From IMG/VR virus record IMGVR_UViG_3300031998_000037: a stretch of DNA of 35,886 bases, one strand, 5' to 3'. Source of the stretch: a virus. Lineage: Duplodnaviria > Heunggongvirae > Uroviricota > Caudoviricetes. The first letter of the stretch is position 1. Each line of letters opens with the position of its first letter. A program made the position numbers and the translations under genes. This document shows positions 15,172-23,845 of the stretch, in pieces. The notes beneath the pieces were generated by a model that saw only the letters and a list, made by a program, of their open reading frames with translations, searched no databases and was not told the origin of the DNA.

Positions 15172-16125
15172 ATGGCTATTATGAGCAAGCGCATTGATAT
15201 GCACGTAGCCGAAAAAATTCATATGGTCAATTCCGACAATATGGTACTGCTTGATAAATATATGATAGACTTATCATTGCGCGAAAGAGCAGAGACTACA
15301 CAATATGAATATTTGACCAGCTTAAAGCAATGGTTCGTATACATATTGGAGCATCAAGATAATCGTTCTGTATTGGACATGATTGATGATGACATTACAG
15401 AATTTCTTTTCTGGTGTAAAACGCAAGGGAACAATGCCGCCCGTATGCGTTTCCGCACATCTGCCATATCAGCGTTTTATAAATTTCTGCGTAAGAAAAA
15501 ATATATGACCGCCAACCCTACAGAGTTTATTGAGCCGCCGCGAAAAACAACTCCTATAATTACACAAACTTTCCTAACTTCGGAGCAAGTTGCCATAATG
15601 CGAGAACGCTTGATTGAATGCGGTGACTTGCAATTAAGACTGTATGCGATGTTGTCCTTGTCAACAATGGCAAGGCTCAACGCCATTGCTTCACTAAGAT
15701 GGGATCAAGTTGACTGGCAAGAATGCACTATTCGTAACGTTCTTGAAAAAGAAGGCAAGATCGTGGATATCTTTTTCAATGACGAGGTAAAGCAATTGTT
15801 ACTAAAGCTCAAAGAAGAACGTGAGGATAAGAAGAAAAACGACCACGGCTGGCTGTTTTATACAGGACGTTGTACAGACGAGAAGCATATCAGTAAAACG
15901 ACTTTAAGTGAATGGTGTAAGAGAATTGGTAGAATGATTGATGTACCTACGTTACATCCTCACGACTTCCGACATAGCGGAGCGACCATGCTGCGTAGGG
16001 CTGGTATGGATATAGAGGATGTATCCACATTGTTGAACCATGAGAGTACCAGCACAACTATGAAATATTATATAAAGCAAGACACAGACCGTATTAACAA
16101 CATAAAGAACAGGTTGAACTACTAA
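15172..16125 (+). CDS. XerC/XerD-like tyrosine recombinase
   Basis: Core-binding domain plus R (TMARLNA), K, HxxR (HDFRH), H (LNH), Y (MKYY). Confidence 0.92.
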   Translation: MAIMSKRIDMHVAEKIHMVNSDNMVLLDKYMIDLSLRERAETTQYEYLTSLKQWFVYILEHQDNRSVLDMIDDDITEFLFWCKTQGNNAARMRFRTSAISAFYKFLRKKKYMTANPTEFIEPPRKTTPIITQTFLTSEQVAIMRERLIECGDLQLRLYAMLSLSTMARLNAIASLRWDQVDWQECTIRNVLEKEGKIVDIFFNDEVKQLLLKLKEEREDKKKNDHGWLFYTGRCTDEKHISKTTLSEWCKRIGRMIDVPTLHPHDFRHSGATMLRRAGMDIEDVSTLLNHESTSTTMKYYIKQDTDRINNIKNRLNY

Positions 16126-16179
16126 GATTTTGGTTTAGGAACTCAGTTCCTTTTTCAAAAAAACAGAGGTGCATGAACT

Positions 16180-16530
16180 ATGAGTGAATGTAAAAGCTGC
16201 GAAAACTTTGATTTGTCAACCAACAAATGTTTAGTTGATGGCTCAAAGGGTTATGTAGATCAGAAATGTTTGCATTATAATTGCGATAAATATGTTGTTG
16301 GCAAATGGGGTACAAATGAAGATGAGCGTATACCATTTTATGATGACGGCAAAATCCAAGCAACAGTAGTTGTAAATTGGGGCGATAGTATACCGCCTTG
16401 TAAATATATGAACGATGATAAAGTGTGCAAGCTTTTTACTGGAATTTGCAAGCGGCGCGATTATGCGGAACTGCTTAAAATTCCTGTAAGATATTGCTGC
16501 CCTGAGTATGAATCATATGGAAAATCGTAA
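16180..16530 (+). CDS. Cys-rich hypothetical protein
   Basis: ORF track, GAGGTG SD. Confidence 0.7.
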   Translation: MSECKSCENFDLSTNKCLVDGSKGYVDQKCLHYNCDKYVVGKWGTNEDERIPFYDDGKIQATVVVNWGDSIPPCKYMNDDKVCKLFTGICKRRDYAELLKIPVRYCCPEYESYGKS

Positions 16531-17023
16531 TATCTGGTTTACTTCCGATACTCATTTTGGACACGCAAAAGTAATTGAATATTGTGACCGCCCATTCACT
16601 GATATCCACGAGATGGATAATGAACTTGTAAAAAGATGGAACGCAAAGGTCAAAAAAGGCGATTTAGTTTGGCACTTGGGCGACTTTGCTTTAGCCTCTA
16701 AAGAATATGTGGCGGACATTGTATCACAACTTCATGGTGAAATCAGACTTATTAAAGGCAATCACGACACAAGGAGCAGCCAATGGTTTAGGGATATTGG
16801 CTTCTCTCAGGTGTACGATTATCCTATAATAGTTGATGAGTTTATTGTACTATCACATAATCCGATGCCGTTTGTACCGTCAACAGGAATGATAAATCTG
16901 TACGGGCATATACATAATAGTTTAATGTTTGAGACTTGGGGTAAGCGGTGCGCGTGTATGTGTGTGGAGCGACATAATTACGCTCCAGTACATATGAAAG
17001 AAATTGCAGCGAGGTACGGCTAA
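16508..17023 (+). CDS. Calcineurin-like metallophosphoesterase
   Basis: SDTHFGH, LGD, GNHD, SH, GHIH motifs. Confidence 0.9.
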   Translation: MNHMENRNIWFTSDTHFGHAKVIEYCDRPFTDIHEMDNELVKRWNAKVKKGDLVWHLGDFALASKEYVADIVSQLHGEIRLIKGNHDTRSSQWFRDIGFSQVYDYPIIVDEFIVLSHNPMPFVPSTGMINLYGHIHNSLMFETWGKRCACMCVERHNYAPVHMKEIAARYG

Positions 17024-17106
17024 TGGAATGGATTTTAGGAACTTTGATAGGGTTGTTGCTTTGCAAGCTTGCAGATTTAAAGGATAGGGGTTACAATGGA
17101 GATTAA
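17023..17106 (+). CDS. 27-aa membrane peptide
   Basis: MEWILGTLIGLLLCKLADLKDRGYNGD, TAATG coupling, GAGG SD. Confidence 0.55.
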   Translation: MEWILGTLIGLLLCKLADLKDRGYNGD

Positions 17107-17302
17107 TGTTGGTGATAAATTCATCCTCCACGACACAAGCGGCTATGATTATAGCTTTGAGATCATTAATATCAACAACTTTAGAGAACCATCTATGCGA
17201 TATGCTGTACAAGCTTATGATCCGTATGGTGAACCATGTGACGGACTTTATTTTATAGGTGATGATTTCTTTACAACACGCAATTGGTCAAGAAGTGAAT
17301 AA
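17096..17302 (+). CDS. Hypothetical protein (SH3-like)
   Basis: ORF track. Confidence 0.75.
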   Translation: MEINVGDKFILHDTSGYDYSFEIININNFREPSMRYAVQAYDPYGEPCDGLYFIGDDFFTTRNWSRSE

Positions 17303-17601
17303 AAAAAAGGAATGTTGGCTTCAAGGCAGCCATCATCTAAGGAGTGTAGACTGGCTAAACGAACATCGTGAGTGGGACGCAAAACGTCATAGCGAATGTT
17401 CGCGGATAGATGACTTGATTTTATCAAGGCTTAGACCAAAGGCATGGTTAATGGTATACATCTATTCCGATCCCAAATCGGGTTTGAGCACCGAGCAATG
17501 TTAGATTAATAGCGGTATATAATAAGCTGACATTGTGGGGTAAGCAATACCGCCTCCTCGACTTTGGCGTAATAGCACACCTTTTTATAGGAGATTTTAA
17601 A

Positions 17602-17700
17602 ATGAAAGCAATAATACTTCTTTTATTTTCGGGACTTACATTATGGGTTTGTGCAGCCGTGGGCTGTCAGCAAGATAAAAGACGAGAGGATGAACGTTAA
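17602..17700 (+). CDS. 32-aa membrane/secreted peptide
   Basis: MKAIILLLFSGLTLWVCAAVGCQQDKRREDER, AGGAG SD, TAATG coupling to next gene. Confidence 0.65.
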   Translation: MKAIILLLFSGLTLWVCAAVGCQQDKRREDER

Positions 17701-18191
17701 TGTCTTTATTAATTTTCAGAGGCGTAAGTGTGGCTAATGATAAATATGTCACAGGACTGCTTGCCTTAAAAAACGGCAATGCATATATCAATAATTGTGA
17801 AGTCAAGCCTGAAACTGTTGGTCGTTGCTCAGGAATGTTTGACCGTAATCATACAATGATATATGAGGACGATTTAATTGCTCATGGCAAACTTGTTTAT
17901 AGGATTTGCCGCAAACCTCATACTGATTCTCTGGGCAAGCTTCTTTTATTTGATTTAGTCAGGCATTCAGATAATGCTACAGCACTTAAATTACACAAGC
18001 CTTTGATACCTCTTGACAAACTGCTTGACCACATAGAGGATTTTGACAGAGACTTTATAAGAAATTCAGAATTAGTGGGCGATCTTTATACCTTTAAAGA
18101 TAGGATGCAGACAATAGATGTATCTAAGGTCAAAGGAGATAAAGATGCCTTTATAGATAAAATGATAACTAAAGCAGCAAACGGTGAGTAA
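17700..18191 (+). CDS. YopX-family protein
   Basis: IFRG...YV.G...EV.PETVG..SG..D.N...IYEDD. Confidence 0.75.
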   Translation: MSLLIFRGVSVANDKYVTGLLALKNGNAYINNCEVKPETVGRCSGMFDRNHTMIYEDDLIAHGKLVYRICRKPHTDSLGKLLLFDLVRHSDNATALKLHKPLIPLDKLLDHIEDFDRDFIRNSELVGDLYTFKDRMQTIDVSKVKGDKDAFIDKMITKAANGE

Positions 18192-18574
18192 TGATGATTG
18201 ACTATTTAGATAAGCAAAAAGTCATGGCAATGCTTTTTGATAAAGCTATGGACTCATCTCGGTTAGACGAGCCAATATTCTACCATCAAATCAGGCGCGA
18301 CTCTTTTGAGAAGGCAAGACTTGCAGTCAGTGATATGCCGCCAGATAATATGTGGATTTCATTTGATGACAAATTCCCCCAAAAGGGTTCTCATATTTGT
18401 GTCTTTAAAAAAGGTGGCAAAACTCTATCAGGGAATTGTGCGTTTGCTCTGTATGGCAGGGACGGCAAACTGTATATCTATGATGACCTTTGTGGTTTCA
18501 GTAATATAACAGAACGTTATTCACACTGGTTTTATATACCTGAAAGACTGCCAGAGGAGAACAAAAATGGATGA
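18191..18574 (+). CDS. Hypothetical protein (DUF551-like C-terminus)
   Basis: WIS..DK.P....SHW..IPE pattern. Confidence 0.65.
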   Translation: MMIDYLDKQKVMAMLFDKAMDSSRLDEPIFYHQIRRDSFEKARLAVSDMPPDNMWISFDDKFPQKGSHICVFKKGGKTLSGNCAFALYGRDGKLYIYDDLCGFSNITERYSHWFYIPERLPEENKNG

Positions 18575-18842
18575 AGAAATTTTGGAACAAGTTGAAAAGA
18601 TCAATAACGAAAAGCTTTGGGAGATAAATTACAAAGCAAGCAAGCAAATGAAGAGACTTGGCATAGCTTGCCTATCGCTTATTTTGCTTGATATCTTGAT
18701 TGCAACCTTTGTTACAAGGTTTAGTCTCCCAATGATTTTCAGCATAACAGTTTGTTCTTTGACAGCCGTATTTGATTTCTATAAGTCAAAGTCATTTGCA
18801 AAAGAAGCCCATAAATATAAAGGAGATTGTGAATATGATTAA
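18567..18842 (+). CDS. Two-TM membrane protein
   Basis: Hydrophobic segments. Confidence 0.75.
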   Translation: MDEEILEQVEKINNEKLWEINYKASKQMKRLGIACLSLILLDILIATFVTRFSLPMIFSITVCSLTAVFDFYKSKSFAKEAHKYKGDCEYD

Positions 18843-19041
18843 AATAAAAGCTGATAAAGGAGCAGTTGAACTGCATACAGAAGGTTCGACTTTAGTTCTG
18901 ACAGCCGAAGCGGTTGGTTCAAGTATGGCTTTAGTAAGTGCTATAGCCAAAATACGCGATGTCTCATTTGAAAATGCTGCTTTATATTTAATGCAAGAGT
19001 CAATCAAGTGTCACTCTATGGCACAAGAGGTTGAATTATGA
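18835..19041 (+). CDS. Hypothetical protein
   Basis: ORF track; start behind AAGGAG. Confidence 0.7.
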   Translation: MIKIKADKGAVELHTEGSTLVLTAEAVGSSMALVSAIAKIRDVSFENAALYLMQESIKCHSMAQEVEL

Positions 19042-19466
19042 TTCCCAATGCAATGAATGCACAAAAGGTGTTGCGAGGTGCATTTGATATTGAGCTACAC
19101 AAGATTACCTTTATTGATTATCTGGAGGTTGTGATCTCTCCTGACGGTGTGGTTGAATATGCTGTACCTTCACACGTTGAAAAGTTATTGCATATTTATA
19201 TGTTGCAAAACAGCATTACAGACCGAGAAGAAGCTATGTCACTATTAGAGGAAGAATCGTTCCGTATAGGATATATAGAATGCCTCTCAAAACAAACTGG
19301 CTATATATCTGTGTGGAATGCTAACTATGTTACAGGTTGTAAACCAACACAGAAGCAGCTTAATACCCTTAAAACCTTAAAACTAAATGGTTTATATCAT
19401 GGATGTATTGACGACATTTTTACACCACGACAAGAGTTATTGAAACAATTTTGGGAGGTAATGTAA
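19038..19466 (+). CDS. Hypothetical phage protein
   Basis: ORF track, coupled. Confidence 0.8.
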   Translation: MIPNAMNAQKVLRGAFDIELHKITFIDYLEVVISPDGVVEYAVPSHVEKLLHIYMLQNSITDREEAMSLLEEESFRIGYIECLSKQTGYISVWNANYVTGCKPTQKQLNTLKTLKLNGLYHGCIDDIFTPRQELLKQFWEVM

Positions 19467-19870
19467 TGTGTACTGAGCTTTGCCCAATGTGCAAGAAGCA
19501 TGATGCTATCATAATAAAGGAATGGACTTCTACAGAAAAGAATGGTTTGCCTGTGGAATATGAGGATATAACTTACTTCTGTTCTACTCTTGGCAAGGAC
19601 GATCCTGATGCTTATTTTGTTCCGCCAAAGGCTATGGATGAAAATTTGCGTAGAATGAACGAAGCATTTGATAAATTAAAGTATCTTGAGCTTTGTCCGT
19701 TCTGTGGAGGCGAGGCTTACTATCATCGTGGCAATGACAATATTGATGCTGATGAAATGAAAGTCAGCACAAACACTGTACACTTTATAATGTGTAGTGG
19801 TTGTAGCGCATTAGTTGCAGCCGCTACTGAGGAAGAAGCATTTGCGTCATGGAATAGGAGAATACGATGA
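19466..19870 (+). CDS. Zinc-finger + Lar (restriction alleviation)-family fusion
   Basis: N-terminal CPMC...C; C-terminal LELCPFCGGEA...CSGC...EEAFASWNRR. Confidence 0.7.
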   Translation: MCTELCPMCKKHDAIIIKEWTSTEKNGLPVEYEDITYFCSTLGKDDPDAYFVPPKAMDENLRRMNEAFDKLKYLELCPFCGGEAYYHRGNDNIDADEMKVSTNTVHFIMCSGCSALVAAATEEEAFASWNRRIR

Positions 19871-20307
19871 CTCTAACAATTGAAAAACGCGACTTATTTA
19901 CAGTTCCACAAGACTACTATCTTTGCCATTGCATTTCAGCCGACTTCGCTCTTGGTGCAGGTATCGCCAAAAAGTTTGCGGCTCTTGGAGTAAAAGATGA
20001 GCTTATGAAATATTATAATGTATACGTTTGGCTCGGCTGCGGACAATGCCTCTATACTCATGCAACTGGATGGGCTGGCGAGTATAACCTTGTGACTAAA
20101 AAGAACTACTGGCATAAACCAAAACTTGAAGCCTTGCATGAAGCTTTGTTATCTTTGAAAAGACATCCGAATGCTAATGGCAAACTGGCAATGCCTAAGA
20201 TCGGCTGCGGTTTAGATAATCTTAATTGGCAAGACGTTGAACAATTGATACGAAAAGTGTTTGCAGATACAGATATCGAGATTTTAGTATGTGACTTTAA
20301 GGGATAA
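19867..20307 (+). CDS. Macrodomain ADP-ribose glycohydrolase (TARG1/OARD1/Poa1-like)
   Basis: DLF, HCISADFALGAGIA, NLVTK, AMPKIGCGLD.LNW. Confidence 0.9.
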   Translation: MTLTIEKRDLFTVPQDYYLCHCISADFALGAGIAKKFAALGVKDELMKYYNVYVWLGCGQCLYTHATGWAGEYNLVTKKNYWHKPKLEALHEALLSLKRHPNANGKLAMPKIGCGLDNLNWQDVEQLIRKVFADTDIEILVCDFKG

Positions 20308-20310
20308 GAT

Positions 20311-20733
20311 ATGGACAAATACAACAATAAATATTTTGATGCTATAGGATATAAAGGCTCTTGTACGCAAGATTTATTTTATGAGATGCAGCAAGATAAG
20401 CGCAACGATATGTGGGCAGAGCAACGCAAAATCTGCGGTGGTTACGATGAAAGAGCATCATGGAATTTGAATACCTTTATGGTTGAACAGATTTTTACAT
20501 GGCTGCATATCTATCTTGATAACGCTGATGGGTTTATTGATCTGACGTTTTATAAATTTGACATCGACGACGAAGAGCTTACAGAGAAAGATGCTATTCT
20601 GAAAGCTCTATCCAATCTTGAATTTTATTTAAAGTATCAAGATAGTGATAATGAAACCGAAAAAGAATGTCTATCTAAAATTCAAGAAGCATTTAATATT
20701 ATAGGACTTATTTTTCCTACATTGTGGTGGTAA
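20311..20733 (+). CDS. Hypothetical phage protein
   Basis: ORF track. Confidence 0.8.
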   Translation: MDKYNNKYFDAIGYKGSCTQDLFYEMQQDKRNDMWAEQRKICGGYDERASWNLNTFMVEQIFTWLHIYLDNADGFIDLTFYKFDIDDEELTEKDAILKALSNLEFYLKYQDSDNETEKECLSKIQEAFNIIGLIFPTLWW

Positions 20734-20737
20734 TTGT

Positions 20738-20929
20738 ATGGCAAGACCTAAAAAAGAAAATCGGTATGAGGTACGGACATCTATTATTCGCCTTCGCGTA
20801 AACGCACAAGAGGAAATGATACTTAAAGATAGGGCGGCTAAAACTGGATGCAAGACAGTAAGCCAGTACATTAGATTGAAGTGCTTGAATGACAATAAAA
20901 AAGATGTAATAATTGATTACGATGAATAA
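20738..20929 (+). CDS. MobC/CopG-like ribbon-helix-helix protein
   Basis: IRLRVN..E...L...A...G..TVSQYIR. Confidence 0.7.
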   Translation: MARPKKENRYEVRTSIIRLRVNAQEEMILKDRAAKTGCKTVSQYIRLKCLNDNKKDVIIDYDE

Positions 20930-21146
20930 TGTAGAAATGATATGGGTTGATGAGCACGTTGATTACAACTTACATCTATGGGTTGCTAAATGCTCAAATT
21001 GTCATATAACCACAAGTTGTTCCTTTACAAAGGTCAGCATTGACTATGAGTTTTGTCCGCATTGTGGTGCTAAAGCAAAGACACATGGCAACAGGGGATA
21101 TGATAAGGCAGATGAAGTCAATTTGGAGGGCGGAGAAAATGTATAA
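20922..21146 (+). CDS. Phage zinc-ribbon protein
   Basis: CSNC...FCPHCGAK. Confidence 0.75.
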   Translation: MNNVEMIWVDEHVDYNLHLWVAKCSNCHITTSCSFTKVSIDYEFCPHCGAKAKTHGNRGYDKADEVNLEGGENV

Positions 21147-21291
21147 AGGAATTGATACAACTACAGGTAAGTGGGTATATGGCGAGATATATCCACATTA
21201 TGAGCAGCGTTTTATTCTTTCGGTTGATGGATATATCCATGAAGTAAGACCTGACACGCTCATAGTTTGTGAGGATGAGAGAAATGGCTGA
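21139..21291 (+). CDS. Short YopX-like protein
   Basis: YKG.D..TGKWVYG...EVRPDTL; GGAG SD. Confidence 0.6.
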   Translation: MYKGIDTTTGKWVYGEIYPHYEQRFILSVDGYIHEVRPDTLIVCEDERNG

Positions 21292-21613
21292 CTTCATCTG
21301 CCGCATTTGCAAAAGACATTGCCCTGATACAGTAGCCAGCTTGTCTCCAGATTTTCGGGACGTTTGTTTAAGTTGTATTTTAGACACGTTATGCGAAAAT
21401 AAAACATCTAAATTTAAAGAGGGAGAATATATAATTTATCAGAATGGTGACAGCTTTGAGATTGGTAAGATCAAACGACTTACTGATGACGGAGCTTTTG
21501 TATATTACCATGATGGTGATACAGCCGCATTGACTCCCTTTGATTGTATGCATAAGATAGTCAATGCTTATACAATTAAAAGAACGTCATTGGGCGGCGA
21601 AGATAAAGAGTAA
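21284..21613 (+). CDS. Hypothetical protein (CxxC + SH3-like)
   Basis: ORF track, coupled. Confidence 0.75.
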   Translation: MADFICRICKRHCPDTVASLSPDFRDVCLSCILDTLCENKTSKFKEGEYIIYQNGDSFEIGKIKRLTDDGAFVYYHDGDTAALTPFDCMHKIVNAYTIKRTSLGGEDKE

Positions 21614-21666
21614 TATATTGATTGTTATAGGGCATTTTTCCCTTTAAAATATAAGGAGTTAGTTGT

Positions 21667-21993
21667 ATGAATTTTGATGACCTCTTGAAAATGGGATATA
21701 AAGAATATACACCATCACCTCTCTATTATGCCACAAGAGCTTGTCAAAAGCGCATTGATGATAGTGAGGGTAATATCCTTTACTTCTTATCTGTGTACTA
21801 TTATCGACATGAATTTGACCATCACGATAGGTATGAAGTTCATATACAGTTCTACCAAAAAGACACGCACAATCCTTTAGACCTTAATTTCTTTGGTGAT
21901 TGGAATATACACGATGTTGAATGTTATGCGGATATGCTTTATTATACAGGCGTTGTGCAAATTTTTGAACCTTATGAAACAAAAAGTTGTTAA
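21667..21993 (+). CDS. Hypothetical protein
   Basis: ORF track, AAGGAG SD. Confidence 0.8.
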   Translation: MNFDDLLKMGYKEYTPSPLYYATRACQKRIDDSEGNILYFLSVYYYRHEFDHHDRYEVHIQFYQKDTHNPLDLNFFGDWNIHDVECYADMLYYTGVVQIFEPYETKSC

Positions 21994-22012
21994 TAGTAAA
22001 GGCGAGCAAAGA

Positions 22013-22351
22013 ATGATAGCTAATGAATACATAAGCAAAGATACGATTATAAAAAAAATTGCCAAAGAACAGGATAAAGCGGCAACAGGCATTGAAGATG
22101 TAACATACTATCGTGCTATAAAAATTATCAAAGAAGAACCAGCCGCAGACATACAAGAAAAGAAATATTGTAAAATGATACCGCTTGGATCTGATTGTCG
22201 CGGTTATACAGATGTATTTATATGCACAAATTGTCATCAGCACGTACATCTTGGCTTTGTCCGAAAAGAATATAGCGGAAGTTTCTGTCTTGAATGTGGG
22301 GCAGAAGTTAAGGATGGTGATATAAATGGATGTTTTTCTGTCAAGGGGTGA
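22013..22351 (+). CDS. Phage zinc-ribbon protein
   Basis: EYISK...PAAD...CTNC...FCLECGA. Confidence 0.75.
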   Translation: MIANEYISKDTIIKKIAKEQDKAATGIEDVTYYRAIKIIKEEPAADIQEKKYCKMIPLGSDCRGYTDVFICTNCHQHVHLGFVRKEYSGSFCLECGAEVKDGDINGCFSVKG

Positions 22352-22356
22352 TAATA

Positions 22357-22602
22357 ATGGAGTATTTAGACGGCGGCTATATCAGAGGTTTCACTGCTGG
22401 GTTGCAGAAAGCGCAGGAAATTATAAAGTATATTGATCTTGACATGAAACTTCATAAGCGTAGATTAAACGCCAAATCACTTGCAGAGATATTTGACATT
22501 GCCATTAAAGATAGAGAGAAACTGCGAGAAAATCCAGAAGCCTTTATTCGCTGTTTGAGCAGTGGTGGATATGAAGTATACGAACCCAATAGGAGAAAGT
22601 GA
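22357..22602 (+). CDS. Hypothetical protein
   Basis: ORF track, GGGGTGA SD. Confidence 0.75.
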   Translation: MEYLDGGYIRGFTAGLQKAQEIIKYIDLDMKLHKRRLNAKSLAEIFDIAIKDREKLRENPEAFIRCLSSGGYEVYEPNRRK

Positions 22603-22605
22603 AAG

Positions 22606-23301
22606 ATGATTTATATTACAGGTGATATGCATGGTTCTCTTGCGCCAATATACAATTTCTTTGATGAATATAAACCAGAGCCAAATGACATTTTAGTTGT
22701 TTTGGGCGATGTTGGTCTGAATTATCATGGCACGATTGATGACATTCGCATTAAGCGCATCGTAAATAATTACATGGATAAGTTCGGCATGACATTTTTC
22801 TGTATTCATGGCAACCACGAGAACCGTCCGCAAAACATTTCTTCCTATGAAGAAAAAGAATGGTGCGGAGGTCGCGTTCTTTATGAAGAAAGATTTCCGC
22901 ACATTTTGTTTCCTGTTGATGGGGACATTTTTGATATTGAAGGAGCAAAATGCATAGTGATCGGCGGAGCTTATAGCGTTGACAAGTATTACCGACTTGA
23001 AAACGGTCATAACTGGTGGTCTGACGAGCAGCCATCGCCTGAGATAAAAACTTATGTAGAAAAACAATTATCAAATAATAAGGTTGATATTGTTTTTTCT
23101 CACACTTGCCCTGCAAAATATATTCCTACTGAATGTTTTCTGCCAATGATAGATCAGTCAACAGTAGATAACAGCACAGAACAATGGCTTGATAAGGTCG
23201 AAGATGATCTTGATTATAAGGCATGGTATTGTGGACATTGGCATACTAATAAGCGCATTGATAAGATGCATTTTCTTTATCACGATGTAGAAGTGTTGTA
23301 A
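22606..23301 (+). CDS. Calcineurin-like metallophosphoesterase
   Basis: GDMHG, LGD, GNHE, SH, GHWH motifs. Confidence 0.9.
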   Translation: MIYITGDMHGSLAPIYNFFDEYKPEPNDILVVLGDVGLNYHGTIDDIRIKRIVNNYMDKFGMTFFCIHGNHENRPQNISSYEEKEWCGGRVLYEERFPHILFPVDGDIFDIEGAKCIVIGGAYSVDKYYRLENGHNWWSDEQPSPEIKTYVEKQLSNNKVDIVFSHTCPAKYIPTECFLPMIDQSTVDNSTEQWLDKVEDDLDYKAWYCGHWHTNKRIDKMHFLYHDVEVL

Positions 23302-23319
23302 ATTGCGGAGGTGCAAACT

Positions 23320-23532
23320 ATGGGTAAATATATGATGGAGTTTCGGACAACTCGATTGTCGAGCGATAGAGAAGTTCAAAGAGCGATTGATGTTATTAAT
23401 ACAGCTATAAGAAACGGTTCATTAGTTTACTTATACGAACTTAATAATGTCAATCGCAGCATTAAACTTAAAAACCCAATAGGTATAACTATGGTTGATA
23501 TGCCAGAAGTGGAGGATAAAGGCAATACCTGA
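23320..23532 (+). CDS. Hypothetical protein
   Basis: ORF track, GGAGGTG SD. Confidence 0.75.
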   Translation: MGKYMMEFRTTRLSSDREVQRAIDVINTAIRNGSLVYLYELNNVNRSIKLKNPIGITMVDMPEVEDKGNT

Positions 23533-23845
23533 GTATATAAGCAGAGAAGCAATAAAACAAGTGCTTTATGGAATAGCAAATGGTGTATCTGTTGGTGAAG
23601 CCGAGGCTTTAAAAACAAAAGATATAAAAGCACTATATAAGATAAAAGGTGCTAAAGAAATATTAAACGCTATTGATAATGATTTATGCTTTATTCCTGC
23701 CACAGACGTACAGCCTATTGTCTACGCTCATAAAACAATCAACGTAGGCAAAAGAAGCTATTGTAGCAATTGTGGCAAGTTGGCTATTATGGAAGATTTT
23801 TGCTCTAAATGTGGGGCAAAAGTAAAGGACGATGATGCGGAATGA
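23525..23845 (+). CDS. Phage zinc-ribbon protein (start codon unclear, possibly ATA)
   Basis: PEYISREA...PATDVQP...CSNC...FCSKCGAK. Confidence 0.65.
   Translation: MPEYISREAIKQVLYGIANGVSVGEAEALKTKDIKALYKIKGAKEILNAIDNDLCFIPATDVQPIVYAHKTINVGKRSYCSNCGKLAIMEDFCSKCGAKVKDDDAE

Noticed and set aside
17355-17402. c-di-GMP-I riboswitch
   Set aside because: Only the GAGTGGGACGCAAA tract matches; the GGCAAACC stem and downstream elements are missing.
17540-17580. HDV-like/theta ribozyme (GCC-TCCTCG...GGC resembles HDV P3/L3)
   Set aside because: No compatible P1 or P2 partner strands in the required order, and it does not follow a tRNA.
17602-17700. Arbitrium AimP/Phr precursor
   Set aside because: No adjacent TPR/RRNPP receptor gene in the window and no recognisable mature peptide.
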